This document shows, in pieces, positions 24,800-38,199 of a DNA stretch of 64,000 nucleotides. The position numbers were made by a program, and so were the translations under genes. The DNA is from Moniliella sp. 'wahieum' (lineage: Eukaryota), in NCBI GenBank assembly GCA_003971905.1, contig RSEE01000053.1, positions 1 to 64,000 on the forward strand, in the 5' to 3' direction. Below the pieces are notes generated by a model. It saw only the letters and a program-made list of their open reading frames with translations, was not told the origin of the DNA and did no database searches. Each line of letters opens with the position of its first letter. The stretch's first letter is position 1.

Positions 24800-26960
24800 A
24801 AGTGAAAAAAGAGGCTTGTTGGGTGTTGCAAGACGGGGACGGAGAACAATCAAAACTACAGCATGTGCTTACCCCTCTGGTCGCACCCTGGCACAACAAG
24901 GTGGGGGAAACAGTCCATACTGTCTCTTCCCCCGAATCCAAAAGTACAAGAATGGAATCTACCGCTCCTCCCTCTCGGGGCTTGCGGGGGAAGGATCTCC
25001 TGCTGATCGGGGTCTGGTCTGCGACGTGGCCAAGCTGGACGACATATAACACCCCCCCGCTCGGCGTACCCCTCGCCCCGTCGTCGGAACATGGACAGTG
25101 CGCTGCCGTCCTCGGTGGGGATGAGACAAGGAAGGGAGGGGCAGTATTAAAGTAGCTATTGCCAAACGCACTGGTCACCATCTCGGGAGATCGGGCGGAT
25201 AAGGGCCGAGGGAAGGATAAACGTCGCAAAGAGCTGCCGCCATTTTGCTGGGAGGAGTGGGGAAAGGTGTACTGGGCGTTGCATTCCGCTTGTAATGGTG
25301 CCTGAGACAGGCGTGAGAGACCTATTCGACCCAGGGGGTTGGGGGCAAAAGGGAAGCGCCGTATCTAGCAATGGATCCGTCGCCTACTCCCAAAGCGGGG
25401 GAGAAGAGTGTTGTGACAAAACAGGAGTAGTCGCGTTGGTTTGATCTCCTTTGTCACCGTTCCCCTCCTTGTCCTCAATGCTCCCCTTTTCGTCATCCTT
25501 GTCCCCCTTGTTGTCATTTCCCTCGTCTTCATTGCCCCCCGTGCGGCCCTTACGCTCTTTTAACCCTCTTGTCTACATTGTGCCCCTCGGCTCCCTTGCC
25601 TTCTTTGCAGCCCCCCTTGGCCCGCTTGGCCGCCTTGGCTTTCTTAGCAGCCGCTGCATTGGCTTTGGCTGCTCTCGCTTGATCCGTTTTTGGGTCCGTC
25701 GTCCGGGAGGAGGGTACGGTCCATAGGCACAGATACGCTTGCCACGAACACATTTGGTACATGGCATACCATCCTGGGGGCACTTGACTTTACGTTCGCG
25801 GCAAACAAGACATCCAGTCCGGCTACGTGTAAACTTTTCCTGTCGCTTCGTTCCTGTCCGAACACGAACCTCGGATGGTTCTTTGTCCTCGGTGTCAACG
25901 ACTTCCAACAACGCCGAGACAGAAGCTGGACCTGCCACGGAGGCGGATCCAGACGCTGACCTTGGTGCTGGATCAGATGCCGAGCCCGAGCCCTTGGCCA
26001 GAAACTCAGAACCTGTGGAGCCAACGGAGGCTGGAGGAGGCATCCGTATCAGATCTTTGGTCTTCTTCGTTCAACGGTTGCCACGGAATGGAGGCAGAGT
26101 TGGAGGTGGTCGAAGGATGCGAGTCAAGGCGAGTAGGCAAGCTGGAGTTGAACCTAGAGTGGTGGGAAAGAGGGCGAGAAGTAGATGAGTAGAGAGGAGG
26201 AACGCGTATTGCTCAGCGTACCATTTTCTCTTGTCTCCATAGTTCCCATCAGAGGACGGCGATTGGAGGAGTTCATCAAATCCCGTCAGGTGAGAATCAG
26301 GAAGAGAGTCATGGCCATGTCCCCGGCCAGATGGCCTTGCGTGGAGGTCGGCGTAAGCTGCATTCATAAGGACGCGGGCCGGGCTGAAAGTAGGTTCAGA
26401 TGAGGACGAGGGGGCGGGAGAGTGCTAAGTGGTAAAAGTGGAGACGGGGCATTGGTCGTGTCATCGACAGCAGCTGGCACGCCGTGGTAGCGGGGCGGTA
26501 GCTGCTTGTGCAGGGATGGTCAATTTGCTCATACCTGTACCGTCCTCATGCGAGGAGGCAAAGGGGGCATGGCAACCAGTGAGCTGTTGAAGGGGCAGGC
26601 AAATGAAGAGGTTGTGAAGGAAGGGCTGGATTCCGTGGGGAGAATGGCCCATGTCGCGATCAAGTCTTCAGAGTGCACTAGTAGGGTGCTGAAAGAGGCT
26701 TGGTCATCAAGAGGTGGGGCCGGAGAATAGACCTGGTGCGAGAGCTTGGTGTGTTGGCGAGAGGTAGAAGTGTAAGGAGGAGAGGGTAGAACGAGCCAGA
26801 ATGTCGGTCAGACCACGATCGGTGGCGAGGCGATATTTAGAGTGGAAGCAGGTGCCCACGTTGGCGCCGACGGGTGTGGTGAGCTATAGCATACTGCCAC
26901 CAGCCTCGCAGGCTGCTGCAGCAGTGGAGATAACAAGGGTTGGGAGATCAACGACGCCAT
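24800..26960 (-). CDS. Zn(II)2Cys6 transcription factor; frameshifted, boundaries approximate
   Basis: TRSRTGCLVCRERKVKCPQDGMPCTKCVRGKRICAY is a complete GAL4-type zinc cluster (~25725-25830). The flanking sequence is low-complexity. Confidence 0.8.
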
Positions 26961-28419
26961 GGGCCCGGGATTAACAAGCATGATGACGGAGGTTGGCTCG
27001 TGGTGGCGGCAAAGCTGGTGGTGTATACGGTGTCCCGGGGCCCTTAGGCGAGATCCGATTTGGGGGTGAGAAAAGAGGCTTCCGGGCTAGGCTGAAATGG
27101 CTGGACTGCACTGGAGCCGAGCAGAGGGAGGATGGCCACAGTGTGCGTTGGAGGGAAGGAGTAGTGACCGAAGCGGACGGGCGAGGAGAAGAGCGAGATG
27201 CGATATAGTAGCGAGCGTTGGCCCTGTTTGCTGTAATGCCCACCACCCACGGTGTGCGGTGTGTGAAAGAGGCGAGCGGGAAACGGGGTGGATCAGTCAA
27301 ATAAGCTCGGGACAGACCCTGTATATAATGGGAGCTGCTCTCTCGCAATATCGGCGCTATAAGACATGGCAGATCAGCGAGCGTTTGTGGCAAGACTGGA
27401 GGATGTTGCTATACTGAACTTGGTCTCCCGTAGTGAACTTAATTTCCAGTAGCATTACATGGTAGCAACGGGGCGTTGCTGCGAGTTGCCTGCCTTTTCG
27501 GCCCCCGGATATCCACAATGGCCTGTTGGCTGGCTCTTCTCTTGGAGGGCAATGCTTAATGAGGACTGGCATCGAGTGCCGCAGTAGGGGCGCTTGCGGC
27601 GAAGCGGAGTATCAGGGTCGGATATCTATCAGGCTGAAGGCCATGCTTACGACTGCGGAGCACAACTGACTTGCGCAGAGCAGGCGACGATGACGGCGTA
27701 CTCGCAAGAATCATCGGCCTGCGGCGGTCCCATTATGCATTAGGCCTCTCAGGCTGAGGGCCTCAGTCCCTCTGGTCTTCTTCCTGAGGCCTCAGGCCAC
27801 CCCGACTCAGTCTCGTCTCACTCTTTATATAACCCCCTGCAGCGGTCAGCCAGCAGCGAGCCGCAGACGAAAAGGGCTACACAGCTTAGCGACAGCTCCA
27901 ACCGAAGCAGAGGCAATTGCACTTCAAGCTTCATCAACATGCCTTGATGAACCCTGCGAGTTGAGCTTACCGCCGTGCTGGCTCCACCGGTATGGGCAAC
28001 GACCGTGCAGGTGAACTTTGTACGCGCGTTGTCGAGTCAGTGCTTAGCCGCGCGGTGCGCTATAATAGGATCCGCCTTGACAACCCCCTATACCCCGCCG
28101 GGTGCTGCGGGGCGTAGGCGGGTACGGGCGCGGGTTCTCCATATGACAACAGGAAAAATGATATATTTTTTAAGCGACGCCAGCAAAGAGGATGCCAAGA
28201 AAGAGTAGAGGGATATTGATTGCTAGCTGGACTGCGAAGCTGAAGCTTGAAGCTCCATACTTTTTGAACGTGATAAGCTTGGCGCTTTTTTAGAGCGACG
28301 ACGCGCTGTGTGGTTCACATGTAACATGTAACACATCTTGGCCGATCGGGATTTACCGGAATGGATGCGACGCACATCTCGATGACTAGATGACTGTTGT
28401 ACCCCATTGACAAGAAAGA

Positions 28420-28654
28420 TGTTGAGCCATCAGGTGGCTCGTGCTTGGGCCAATGTCCCTTCAGTTCCTCCTCAGGCCTAGGAGTTCCGTTGTTTTTCTC
28501 TCCTACTGTTTTTCCTTGTTCCGCAGCTGCCCCTGTGGCGACTCGCTGCTTGATGTTCCTCTGTAGGCGTGCTGGTTGGCTTAGACCACCACCACCACCA
28601 CCACTAGTGCGATTGCATCACCCTCGAGGACCATCTGGACTCCAGGTCTCATCA
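28420..28654 (+). mobile_element. Solo LTR, family A (~235 bp)
   Basis: Ends TGTTGAG...CTCATCA, with a perfect 5-bp TSD AAAGA (28415-28419 and 28655-28659). Inverted homologue of 4433-4661. Confidence 0.88.
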
Positions 28655-29172
28655 AAAGAGGGCGATTGTACTTCTCTCGGGTCCACCAATACCAGTGCGG
28701 CCATCTTCCTCGTTTGTTTTTTCCTCCCCTCTCCCGCTTCAATTGTTTTTGTTTCCTCTTCCCCGCTTTTATTGTTTTTTTTTTCCTCGCCGCCTCTTCC
28801 TCGCATCATTATCATTCCTCTTCCTCGCACAGCTCTTCTTCTTCCTTCCCTCCTCTCTTCGCTTATCTCCGACCGTTACCGAATCTACCCTATATCTCCT
28901 TCATCTGGAAACGACCGGTGGCCACACACGTAGATTATACTCAACGTATACTGTCCTAATTTATATTATGCGGGGCGTTGTACATCAGCGCCATGACCTG
29001 CATCTGTGCATCAGCGTTGCACTTGATTAGTCATAGCTTTATTCTCATTCATCAACGTTCAAAATACTTCTACGTCATCGAAGTTGGACGTGTGTGGCAA
29101 CCAGCTGCGTACCCTTTTTTGAGCCCCAAAGTCCACCCAACTCCGCTCCCTGCCTTGTCAATCTCCTCAGTC

Positions 29173-29330
29173 TGTGACGCCTCACTGGTGTAGTGGAGCC
29201 GGTAGCCCAAGTCCGGAACCTTTGGTTTGTTCCGTGCAATAGTCCTTCCTGGCCGCAGGAGATATTCTCTAGCCTCTGCAGTCATGTGCAATGCAATACA
29301 CTACCACTGCCTGCTCTCTGGTCTATAACA
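29173..29330 (+). mobile_element. Solo LTR, family B (~158 bp)
   Basis: TGTGACG...TAACA. Aligns end to end with 62320-62480. No TSD preserved. Confidence 0.72.
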
Positions 29331-31199
29331 CATCGCTCCTACAAGATCCGATCGTACACCACAGATCCATTACAGGCGAGAGATTATCAATAGCATGCTA
29401 TGGTATGGCATGTTATACATGTGAGGGTGACAGTGACCAATGCGTATGTATGATGCTCGGATCGAGTGATCAATGACTAGATGACTTTGGATGGTCGATG
29501 GACAGGCAGTTGCATGGCCCGGTGCCTGTCGAAACTTATGTTTTTGACAGACGTTTTTGACGTCGCGTCACGCGTCACGCGTCACCAAGGACCTTTTGGC
29601 AGTACTTGACCGATAAGCAATTTGACATTTGGTGGGGTTTTTATATACCCGGTACCGGCACCACCCTCATAGTTTCTCCAACCGTACACACCGCAGCACC
29701 TTGGCATGGCCCCACTAGCTTGCTCTGGTCACAACCCGGTCACGTGACCCACCCCACACCGAACTGACCCTGCACAAGCGAATGCTTTTGGCATGTTGAA
29801 CCTACGCGTTCGCTGCACGTTGACAATGAACGTTGGAGCGAGGAGGTACGTTGGAGGTACGTTGAACTCCTCAGTTCTCTCTTAACGTTCAACGCCCGCA
29901 GACAAAAACGCTCCTGTTGACCGGCAACAGTGGCCCAATCCAACTACCCTTAGGCCTTAGGCATCAGTACATCAGTACCAACAGTGGGCTGGGCCTCAGC
30001 GAGGGCTCTGCCCACTGAGCCCAGGCGCCACAGCCTGCTAGCCCTCAGGCCCTTCAGGCCATACTCAGACCTCACCGGCGAGCTTCAAGAGCTTCACTCT
30101 CACGTTTCTCGGCAGACAGCTTGTTGCGCCGTGCGCGGGACGAACCAGTGGCCGCAATCATATGGCCCCTACTGACCGAAAGAGCTAAGGAGCTGATTGT
30201 GAGCAGGACGGAGTGAACGGAGTATCGAGTATCGATGAGTACGCCGAGTGGAAGCGGTCTGATTGATCTGAGTAATGAATTGCGGCCAGTTGGTCATGGC
30301 GCAACAGGTTGTATCGAGTGGAGTGTGCCTCTCCCCGGACGGGCACCAACCCTCACATCACACATCCGCTTCCTCTGTCTCCCATCGCTCCATCGCCCTT
30401 CCCTCTCACCGCACGTCCAGCCTCCCTAAGTCCTGAACATTCCGTTGCTCCTACGGTTCGTCTCTCGCCCAGCCCAGACATTTTGCGTCTCACGAGAAGG
30501 AGCACTGGCAACCCCCGGTTCGAGACCCCAAGTTCTCAGCCCAAGGCGACCACGGTATGCAATGCCGAATGCCTGCAGCAGGGCTGCTTTAGCTCTGTGA
30601 GTGCCACGCCCAAGCATCAAGCCCCTCTCACCTTTCGACTCGGCCGGGCTGAATGCGAACCTGCTGTCCAAGTGGTCCCGCTGCAGAAGCGCTGGAGCCA
30701 TCCAGTTTCTCATTTTGCTCAATAAGGGCGAGCCCACCGCAAGACGGCCGGCGACACCGTCGCCCCCATGCCTCAAGACTACAACACGTGGTCGCAATCC
30801 CGTCTCTAGCGCACCCACTGGGATGGCGGACTGAAAGCAAGGGCCGTATTAAGTGCCGAGCGCCCCCGTGGTATGGATTGATCAGACTTGTTTCGTTCGG
30901 GCTTGTTCTTTTGTGTGGCTGCTGCCGTGGCGGGGACGCTCATCTCTCTCGCATATGTTCGTCCTTGGCCCTCGGCGTCCTGGTCGACCTCCCTCCGCTC
31001 TTCCTTGCTCTTGTCTAAGAACGTTTTAGGGGGGGAACTTGTTACGTAGAGAAGACAACTTGACCTAGCCAGACCCTGTGCGATGGTGGCATTACTAATT
31101 AATTTCTGAGGCTACGCGCTAGCTCTTCCGTCTTTTGGGATTCTGGGTTCGCGTCTATCCCTTCTCTCCACGACCGACACGGCTTCCCCTTGATCCTTC

Positions 31200-32560
31200 G
31201 TGCCCCGTTCCCCGTGCCCCGTTTCCCGTTCCCCTTCCCCGTTCCCCGTTCCCCGTTCCCCGTTCCCCGTGCCCCGACGTTCCCCCCGCGTGCTCGTGAT
31301 CATCGCGTGTTCCTTTGGCCATCCGACTGCGGCGCGTTGGTCACGGGTCCCGGTCACGCGCGGCGCGCCAAGCTCCTCTTTCTCTGATGCTTCCGACTTA
31401 ACGTTTCTCACCAACTTTCCTAGCGTGAGCAGCTGGAGCGCGTATTGTGTGTGTTCTGTGTCACTGTGCAGCGTGTAAGTACAGTACAGTACAGTGGCTA
31501 GATTTGACCTCACCAGTCACCCCCCAACCTCACCAACCAATTCATACCTCCACCGGCTACGTTCCAAAATCCTAACCACTGAATCGTCCTAGTAACCTCT
31601 CCCTGTCCTATCCTACCCAATCTCGATCCTATTCGATCCTGTTCGGAGCGCGTCGTAGCTCAGTAGGGGGTTCGAGAGAGATAAATCAAATTATTCGGTA
31701 CGACGAGCAGAGAATGTGCGGGGAGGCAGAGGGGGAGGAGGGGGAGGATCGAGAGAGATGGCACGCTGTGGTACAGATCGGAGAGCAGGTAAGGGGGGGG
31801 GGGAACAAAAACAACGAGAACGGGAACAGTAGGTAGGTAGGTAGGTAGCGCGTTTGAGTTTGTCGTCTTGCAACTTATTTTGCTTGCTTTTGTTTTGCCT
31901 TTTGGATTTTCCTGCTCTTGCCCGCGGGTGTCACTGCAGCCCCCCCCGGGACGCTCGGTTGGCGGGTCCGAAAAGAGCTTGCGGCACGACTCCGCAAACC
32001 ATGCCCCCGCAACCCCAAGAAAACAGTGGGAAGGAAGAAAGACGGCAACCACAAATCAAACCAAAACGCAAGCGCAAATAAACGCAAAACGCAAAAAAGA
32101 AGGTGCAAAAAAGCATGAACCAATGAGCAAAAAGCAAAAAACAACGGAGAAGGAGCACAAGCACAAGCACAAGCACAAGCACAAGCACAAAAGACGAAAC
32201 GATAATGGGAAAAGGGAAAAGAGGGAGAAAAGATAATGAGAAGGTGAGGGAGTGGGGGGTGGGGAGTACAGTGATCTTTTTCTCACCGGAGAGAAGAAAG
32301 GGGGGAAAGGGCACTGGGCACTGAGCATTGAGCACTGGACAAGGAGAAAACAGAAAAGAGACACGAGAAGAGAAAAGAAAAAGGCGGCGGTAGGAGATAG
32401 ATGGGGTCCCAAGCAAAGCAAAGCAAAGCAAAGCAAAACGTGCAGGCATAGCAAAAAAAGGGTTCGGATAGATATAGAGAGGTACGAATCGTAGCATAAA
32501 GCGCGGCCGCGTGAAACCGCAAAAGGGTAGTCGACCCGAATCGAATCGAATCAAATCAAA
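31200..32560. repeat. Cluster of simple-sequence repeats
   Basis: (CCCCGTT)n at 31200-31290, (GTAG)n at ~31828-31847, (GCACAA)n at ~32155-32190, (GCAAA)n at ~32412-32437, (TCGAA)n at ~32540-32565. Confidence 0.85.
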
Positions 32561-33110
32561 TCGAATAGAGTCGAGTCGGGAACAAAACGGTGGGTGGATA
32601 GAGTGACGATAGAATGAGGATTGAGAGCGTTGATCCGGTGAGGCTTGCGGAGCTGGAAGCAGTAGAGGAACTGGAAAAGCTGCGGGGACTTGCAGCGTGC
32701 TGAGGCTCAGGCGTGAGGGTTAGGGTCAGATCCGAGGCTGGCGGACCCAAGCCCAAGGTAATGACATTGAACGGACGAACGCTTGAGGGTGGTGCGCTTA
32801 ACACGAATAGAAAGAATGCGGGACGAGACCAAGTCGAGACCAAGGAGGCCTCGAGGGGAGGAGGTTGCAGTTGGGCTTGCAGCGCTTAGCGTTCAGCGTT
32901 TCGCTTTCGCGTTTAGATGGGGATGGGTTCTCGTCATGGTCGTGGGCGTCTCGCTGGCTGGCAGCGGAGGACCAAAAAAGTAAATAGAGCGAAGAGAAAA
33001 GCAGACGACGCGCACTTGGATTGCATTCCAAAGACATAATGGAGCAATCCAAGGCGAACCCAAGCCCAACCTAACCCACACCAAGCCCCGGCACGCGCTT
33101 ACGCCTTAGC

Positions 33111-33522
33111 TTACTTGCTCTCCCGGGAGGACGAGGCAAGCGGGACGGGAGGCAAGGTGGCGCAGGCGGGCGGCTTGGTCAGGTGGGGATGCGGATGCGG
33201 GCGCGGATGCGAGCGGGCGGGGGAGTCGGTGGTGTGAGACCGGCGGTGTGGCAAGCGAGGTGGGGGAGAAGGTTTGGATATGGACATGGGCGTGTGTGTG
33301 TGCACGGGAATCTCAGGTTCGGTACAGGACAAGGAGGCGCTACCGGGATGCGTGCAGGCTTGGTGCAGTGCTTCGTGCATGCGTGTGATGGCGACATGCA
33401 CACTGCTCGTTCCGCCTGATCCTGATCCACCTACTCCACCTGCTCCGCTGGCGGTAGAGGCAGCAGCAACCGATCCCGGTCCCGATCCGGAGCCTGAGCC
33501 CGAGTTCGATCCCGATCCCGAT

Positions 33523-33558
<36 letters not shown>

Positions 33559-35738
33559 GTACGACTAGTGCGCCGATGGGTGCGCGCCGACTTGCTTCCG
33601 CTGCGGAGGCGGGGGTGGGAACTGTGTGTGTCGGTGGGCGGGGCGGGTCAGGGGTGGACGTATCGGGGTAAGAGCCGGGGAGGCGCGCGGGGGCGCAGCA
33701 GCTGCCGCACCAGCACCTACCGCCCCTACCGCCCCTACCGCACCAGGCGCACCTACACCTGCCAAAGGGTCCGGATGAATAAAGCAGCATCGATACCCGT
33801 ACGGGCACACGCCCGTACTGGCAAACGTGCGACACACCTGCGTCTTGTACAGATGGTGACGTTCCACTGGCCGCAGTTCCTGTGCACCATGAGCAAATTG
33901 ACACTTGGCGCCGTACCGACAACTGCCACGCTCCGACCATTTCCGACACAGCTCGGTCTTGTACAGCTCGGTCTTGCGCGCTCCATTCGCCTGTCCTGGT
34001 GCCGCCGGGTGTCCGGTTGCTGTTGCTGTTGTGGGTGCGGGTGCGGGTGTGGGTACGGGAGCGGATGCGGTAGTTGTCCCGGCTGCAAGACCTGCTGCGG
34101 CACCTGTACCTGTTCCGGCGCCTGCGCCGGCTCCATGGGCTGGCACGATCGGATCAGGGTGCGCACGGGGGAAGGTGGAGGTAGGCGAAGTGGAAGCTGG
34201 TGCACTGTCCTCGGTCCGGGGCAACCCCATCTCATGTCGCCGAGTCACAAGGCCAGGAAGTAACGGAGGAGTGAGTTGACTGACTTGGTCGTACGCCGTG
34301 TCGCGTGTGGAGGAAGACAGGGCATGGTCCAGGGGCGACGCTGGTTCCGGGGGCCAGAGGGGCAGAGGCGCAGAAGTCGGATGAGTGAGGTGCGACCAGG
34401 TGCCCATGCTAACCGAGTCGGGTGCGCCTGCGACGCTGCCGCCCGTAGCAGGGGTCGTGCGGAGCATAGCAGCCAACAACTCGTGGCTCGTACGTAACGC
34501 TTCGAGACTTTGTGGCGGGGCAGCTGTACTGGCCGTGGTCTGGCGCCGCGCAAACGACCGTCGCACCTCCTCCTGGCTGGGGGGCGAAATGCACAGCTGT
34601 CCCAGCCGGGCCGCAAGCACATCATTCGGATTCGGAGGCACGCCCGCACGCCGCCGCCGCCAGCGCCAGCGCCAAAGGTGAGGTTGGTAGCGTCACCTGT
34701 AAATACACTGTAGCTCCGGTTGCGCGGGCGGTCGGAGCAAGGGAGGGACCAGGGGGGCGCAGCAAGCGCCGCCTGGCTCCGTTTTACTGCCAGATCGTAT
34801 ACAACCTCGTCTCTCGACGTGGCCAACGTAGGGGAGCTGAGCGAGGGGTGCAGCATCGATGAATCTGACCCGGACGGAGGAGGCGGATGAGCCGGCACCA
34901 CCTTCTCCCACGGCGAGGCGGGCGATCGAGGCGGAGGCGGGTCGAGGGGTGCGTAAAGTCGTGGTGCCTAGCATGCACAGGAGCCTGGGCTGGATCGTCG
35001 TAAGTGCGCAAGCGGGCATGGGGGAGACTGGGATAACCGGCCTGAGGAAAGGCCGGCTCGAGGGGGGCAAAGGCCGCACCGGCAGGCGGCATGCCGCTCC
35101 AGCCCGCCTGCGGAGGCGATGGTTGGAGGAAGCGGGAATGCAGGGCAGGGGGGGAATGCTTCCCTACTTGTGGGACGGAGCGCGGGGCGGCATCGAGGCA
35201 GGAGCCGAGGTGCGGGGCCTGGGCGAGCGGGACGGAGCGGGCGGAGCGGAGGGAGGGGGGGGCGAGGCTGGGGGTGCTGTACTCGGGCGGGGTGGGGTGG
35301 AAATAGTCCGCGTCGGGCTCGTACGCAACATGAGCCAGAGGCAGGCCATCGGCGGGAGTGGCAAGACCGTCACTACTCTGCCAAGGCCAGTGGGGAGCGG
35401 GAGCCTGGAGGAAAAGCAGCGGGGGCAGGCGTCAGCAGGGGCAAGAAAGATGGGATGGAGGGCGGGGGGGGGGGGGGGGGCACCAGCGTGAAGCAGGAAG
35501 AGGGAGGGAACATACGTTGGTGTCGTGGGGAGGCAAGATGGGCAGTGCAGAATGTTTGCGGGTGGGGCCACTGGGGCCGAGGGGCGAGTGGAGCGGTGTC
35601 CTGCATGGAGGGCGGCAGGGCGTGGGTGGGGGAAAGCGCAGGGGGGCGAGAGGTCGCACGAGTCGAGGGGGGGGACGGATGTGGGCCAGCCGGAGAGGTG
35701 GGGTGGGAAGAGAGGGGGGGCGGGGCCGTGTCGGCCAT
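33111..35738 (-). CDS. CTH1: Tandem CCCH zinc-finger ARE-binding protein (Cth1/Zfs1/TTP family); intron ~35405-35516, frameshifted
   Basis: [57 protein letters not shown]: two CX8CX5CX3H fingers with YKTEL-type lead-ins. Both termini are reconstructed across frameshifts. Confidence 0.88.
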
Positions 35739-38199
35739 GGTGTGTGGGTGTGTGGGCTAGGATGCAGGCGTACGGCTAGCAGGTGGGCGGGCAGGCAGCG
35801 GTGGTGGGAGTGGGAGTGGGAGTGGGAGAGGAGCGGACGCGCGAAGCGCATCGGGGGGCCGCAGGAGCGGGACGGAAGGAGGTGGTGGGGTGCGGGTGGA
35901 AGAGGGCGGGGGGTCGGAGCGGATGGGTGGGGTGGGCGAGCAGGTGCTGGGCTTGGCTTGGCCTGTTTTTCTCAGGCGGTTGGCTGCTGGCGTCTGCGCT
36001 GCTGAGGCGCTCGGATGGCCAGTGCTCCGCATGTATGCAGCATGCCGCCTGCTGCTCTCCGAGCGGGGCTTGCGACGCAAAGCCCAAGCCAGGCCCTGCC
36101 GCTCGGCCCGCACCCGGCCAGTGTGCGGCGCGCTGCCAGGGGGCGTGCTGGGTGGGTGGCCACACCCTGCGTCCTGCCCCCTGCATCTGCATCCCGCTCG
36201 GCTGCATCACCCATTCGATCACCATCCCACAGACCCTGCAGCCCACCCGACAGTGCCCGTCTGCTGGCTGCCGCCACCTGGTGTGGCTTTGGTGTGGGAA
36301 GTGGCTGGCTTCAGCGCTTCAAGCTTCCGTTGTCAATCGGCGCAACGCTCCCGCTGGCGTCGTGCCCGGTGTCTGCCGCTGCTGCTGCCCCGCCCCTTCT
36401 CCGCTTGGCGCCACTGCCACCATCCACCCTCCCACGCCCCTCACCCGTCCTTCGCCTCTCACCCGCCACACGTCCGATCTCCGATCTCAGATCGCTTGAA
36501 TAGTTTCATTTCTCTCCATTTTAGCGTCTCTCACCATCCCAAGCCATCGACTTGATGAGTGAGATCTGAGATCTGACAGTGTACTCGCTGGCCTGCGTGT
36601 CCCGGGTACGTACGGTACGCTGGGCCTGGCACACGGTACATGTTACACGTTGGTATTCGTAGTAGACCCTAGGCCCTTTTCCTGCTGCAGTCTCCTGTGA
36701 CCCTACCGCCCCAACCCGCGTCCAGCCTGAGCCTCAGGCTGAGGGCTCACACATGCATGTAGTTCTGCTTACGCGGTCCCGGCCACCCCATTCGACCTGT
36801 TCAATTGAACGCTCAGCGTTTCAAGCGACAACAAGCGATGGACGTATGGACCCCAGCTGCCCCAATAGCAGCCGTACCATGTACCATGGAAGAGGCAGCA
36901 GCTCGGAAACAGCCGTGCATCGGCCGTAGGTCCGTCTGTTTTGCCGCGGCTGGCTGCTGGCGAACTGCCCGCTTATTGAGTACAGACAGCTAGGCTTCAA
37001 GGTCTTCTTCAAGCTTCAAGCGTCACGCGTCACGCGTCACGCTTCGGCAAGCTATATCGTCACTCTTCTGATCGATCATTAGTTCGTGCAGGGACCAAGA
37101 GGTCGCAAGATCCCATGCATCCTTCGAAGGCATCCTCGGTATGTTCGGTATGTTCAGGCTTCCAGAACCCTTCTGGAGTACTCGGAACGACGTATGATTG
37201 GATCCATCGATGACGCAATGACGTTTGCGCTCGTCCAGGTTCCGACCGCAACCGCCCACTCGGTCTTTGAGCTCCAGCTCCAACTGAAGTTCAAGCTTCA
37301 CAGCTTCGAATATCAGAAGATCCGATACCTAGAGCTCCAAGCTTCACTGGCTTCACGCTCAGGCCAGGCTTTGGTGGAGCTTCAAGCTTCAGTATACTCA
37401 GTACTGGAGTTACAATAAAGGTCTTCTGCTCTTCGTCCTGTGGGCCATGATACAGGCCGCAGGTGCATGGTGCATGGCCTAGGTGTGGTGCATGGGAAGA
37501 TGGATGGTCGATGATCGATGATCATGCATGGCCTGCTGCCCGCGATGAGACAGCCAGGGTGCGGCCGGGTCCCGAACGGTTGACCGAACGGGCGACCGAA
37601 CCGAGCATCCTGCCTCCCAAAGTACTCATCGACCATCCTATCAACGTATCAACCCACTCGTTCATGGTCTTCTATCGAACATCCGTCAAATCTATCCCCA
37701 GCGGTTGGTGCAGATGGCTTGATGCGGATGCGCCTTGGCCTTACCGGTTGCCTGGCCCCACCACCGGGGCGCTTCCGATGCACCGAGGCCAATGAAGCTA
37801 CGGAAGCTTCAAGCGGCACGCTGATGATCGATGACCTTTTTTGCCTTTAGTCCTTTGAAATTTGAGCTTGAGCACCCCGGTAACCGGGAACCGGGAACCC
37901 CGATACCCTGTACCCTGGGACCCTATGCTATCCGGAACCCAGAAACCGTTGTCGCCATCTCAAAACGCCACTGCCTCGTCGAGAAGGAAGGTACGAACGC
38001 TGAAATTTGAAACCTTGAACCGCACACCTGAATCTGAGACTGCACAATGACACTGCGGTGCTAACCCGCTCGCCCCCCAAAGCATAGGATCAGGAAGGGC
38101 CAGGCTGACGCTGTGCAAACCCCTAAAGCAAGCATTGCATGAACTTTGGGGCAATCCGGGACAGGGGGGAACGCAAAAAAATGAAGGAAAGAAAAAGTA

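Noticed and set aside
32714..32726. Telomere-like TGAGGGTTAGGG
   Set aside because: Only two units, expected by chance.
33274..36555. Long plus-strand ORFs (e.g. 33274-34263, 35119-35760, 35783-36499)
   Set aside because: Antisense or GC-rich shadow ORFs of low-complexity sequence with no domain signal. The same applies to most short ORFs in the track.
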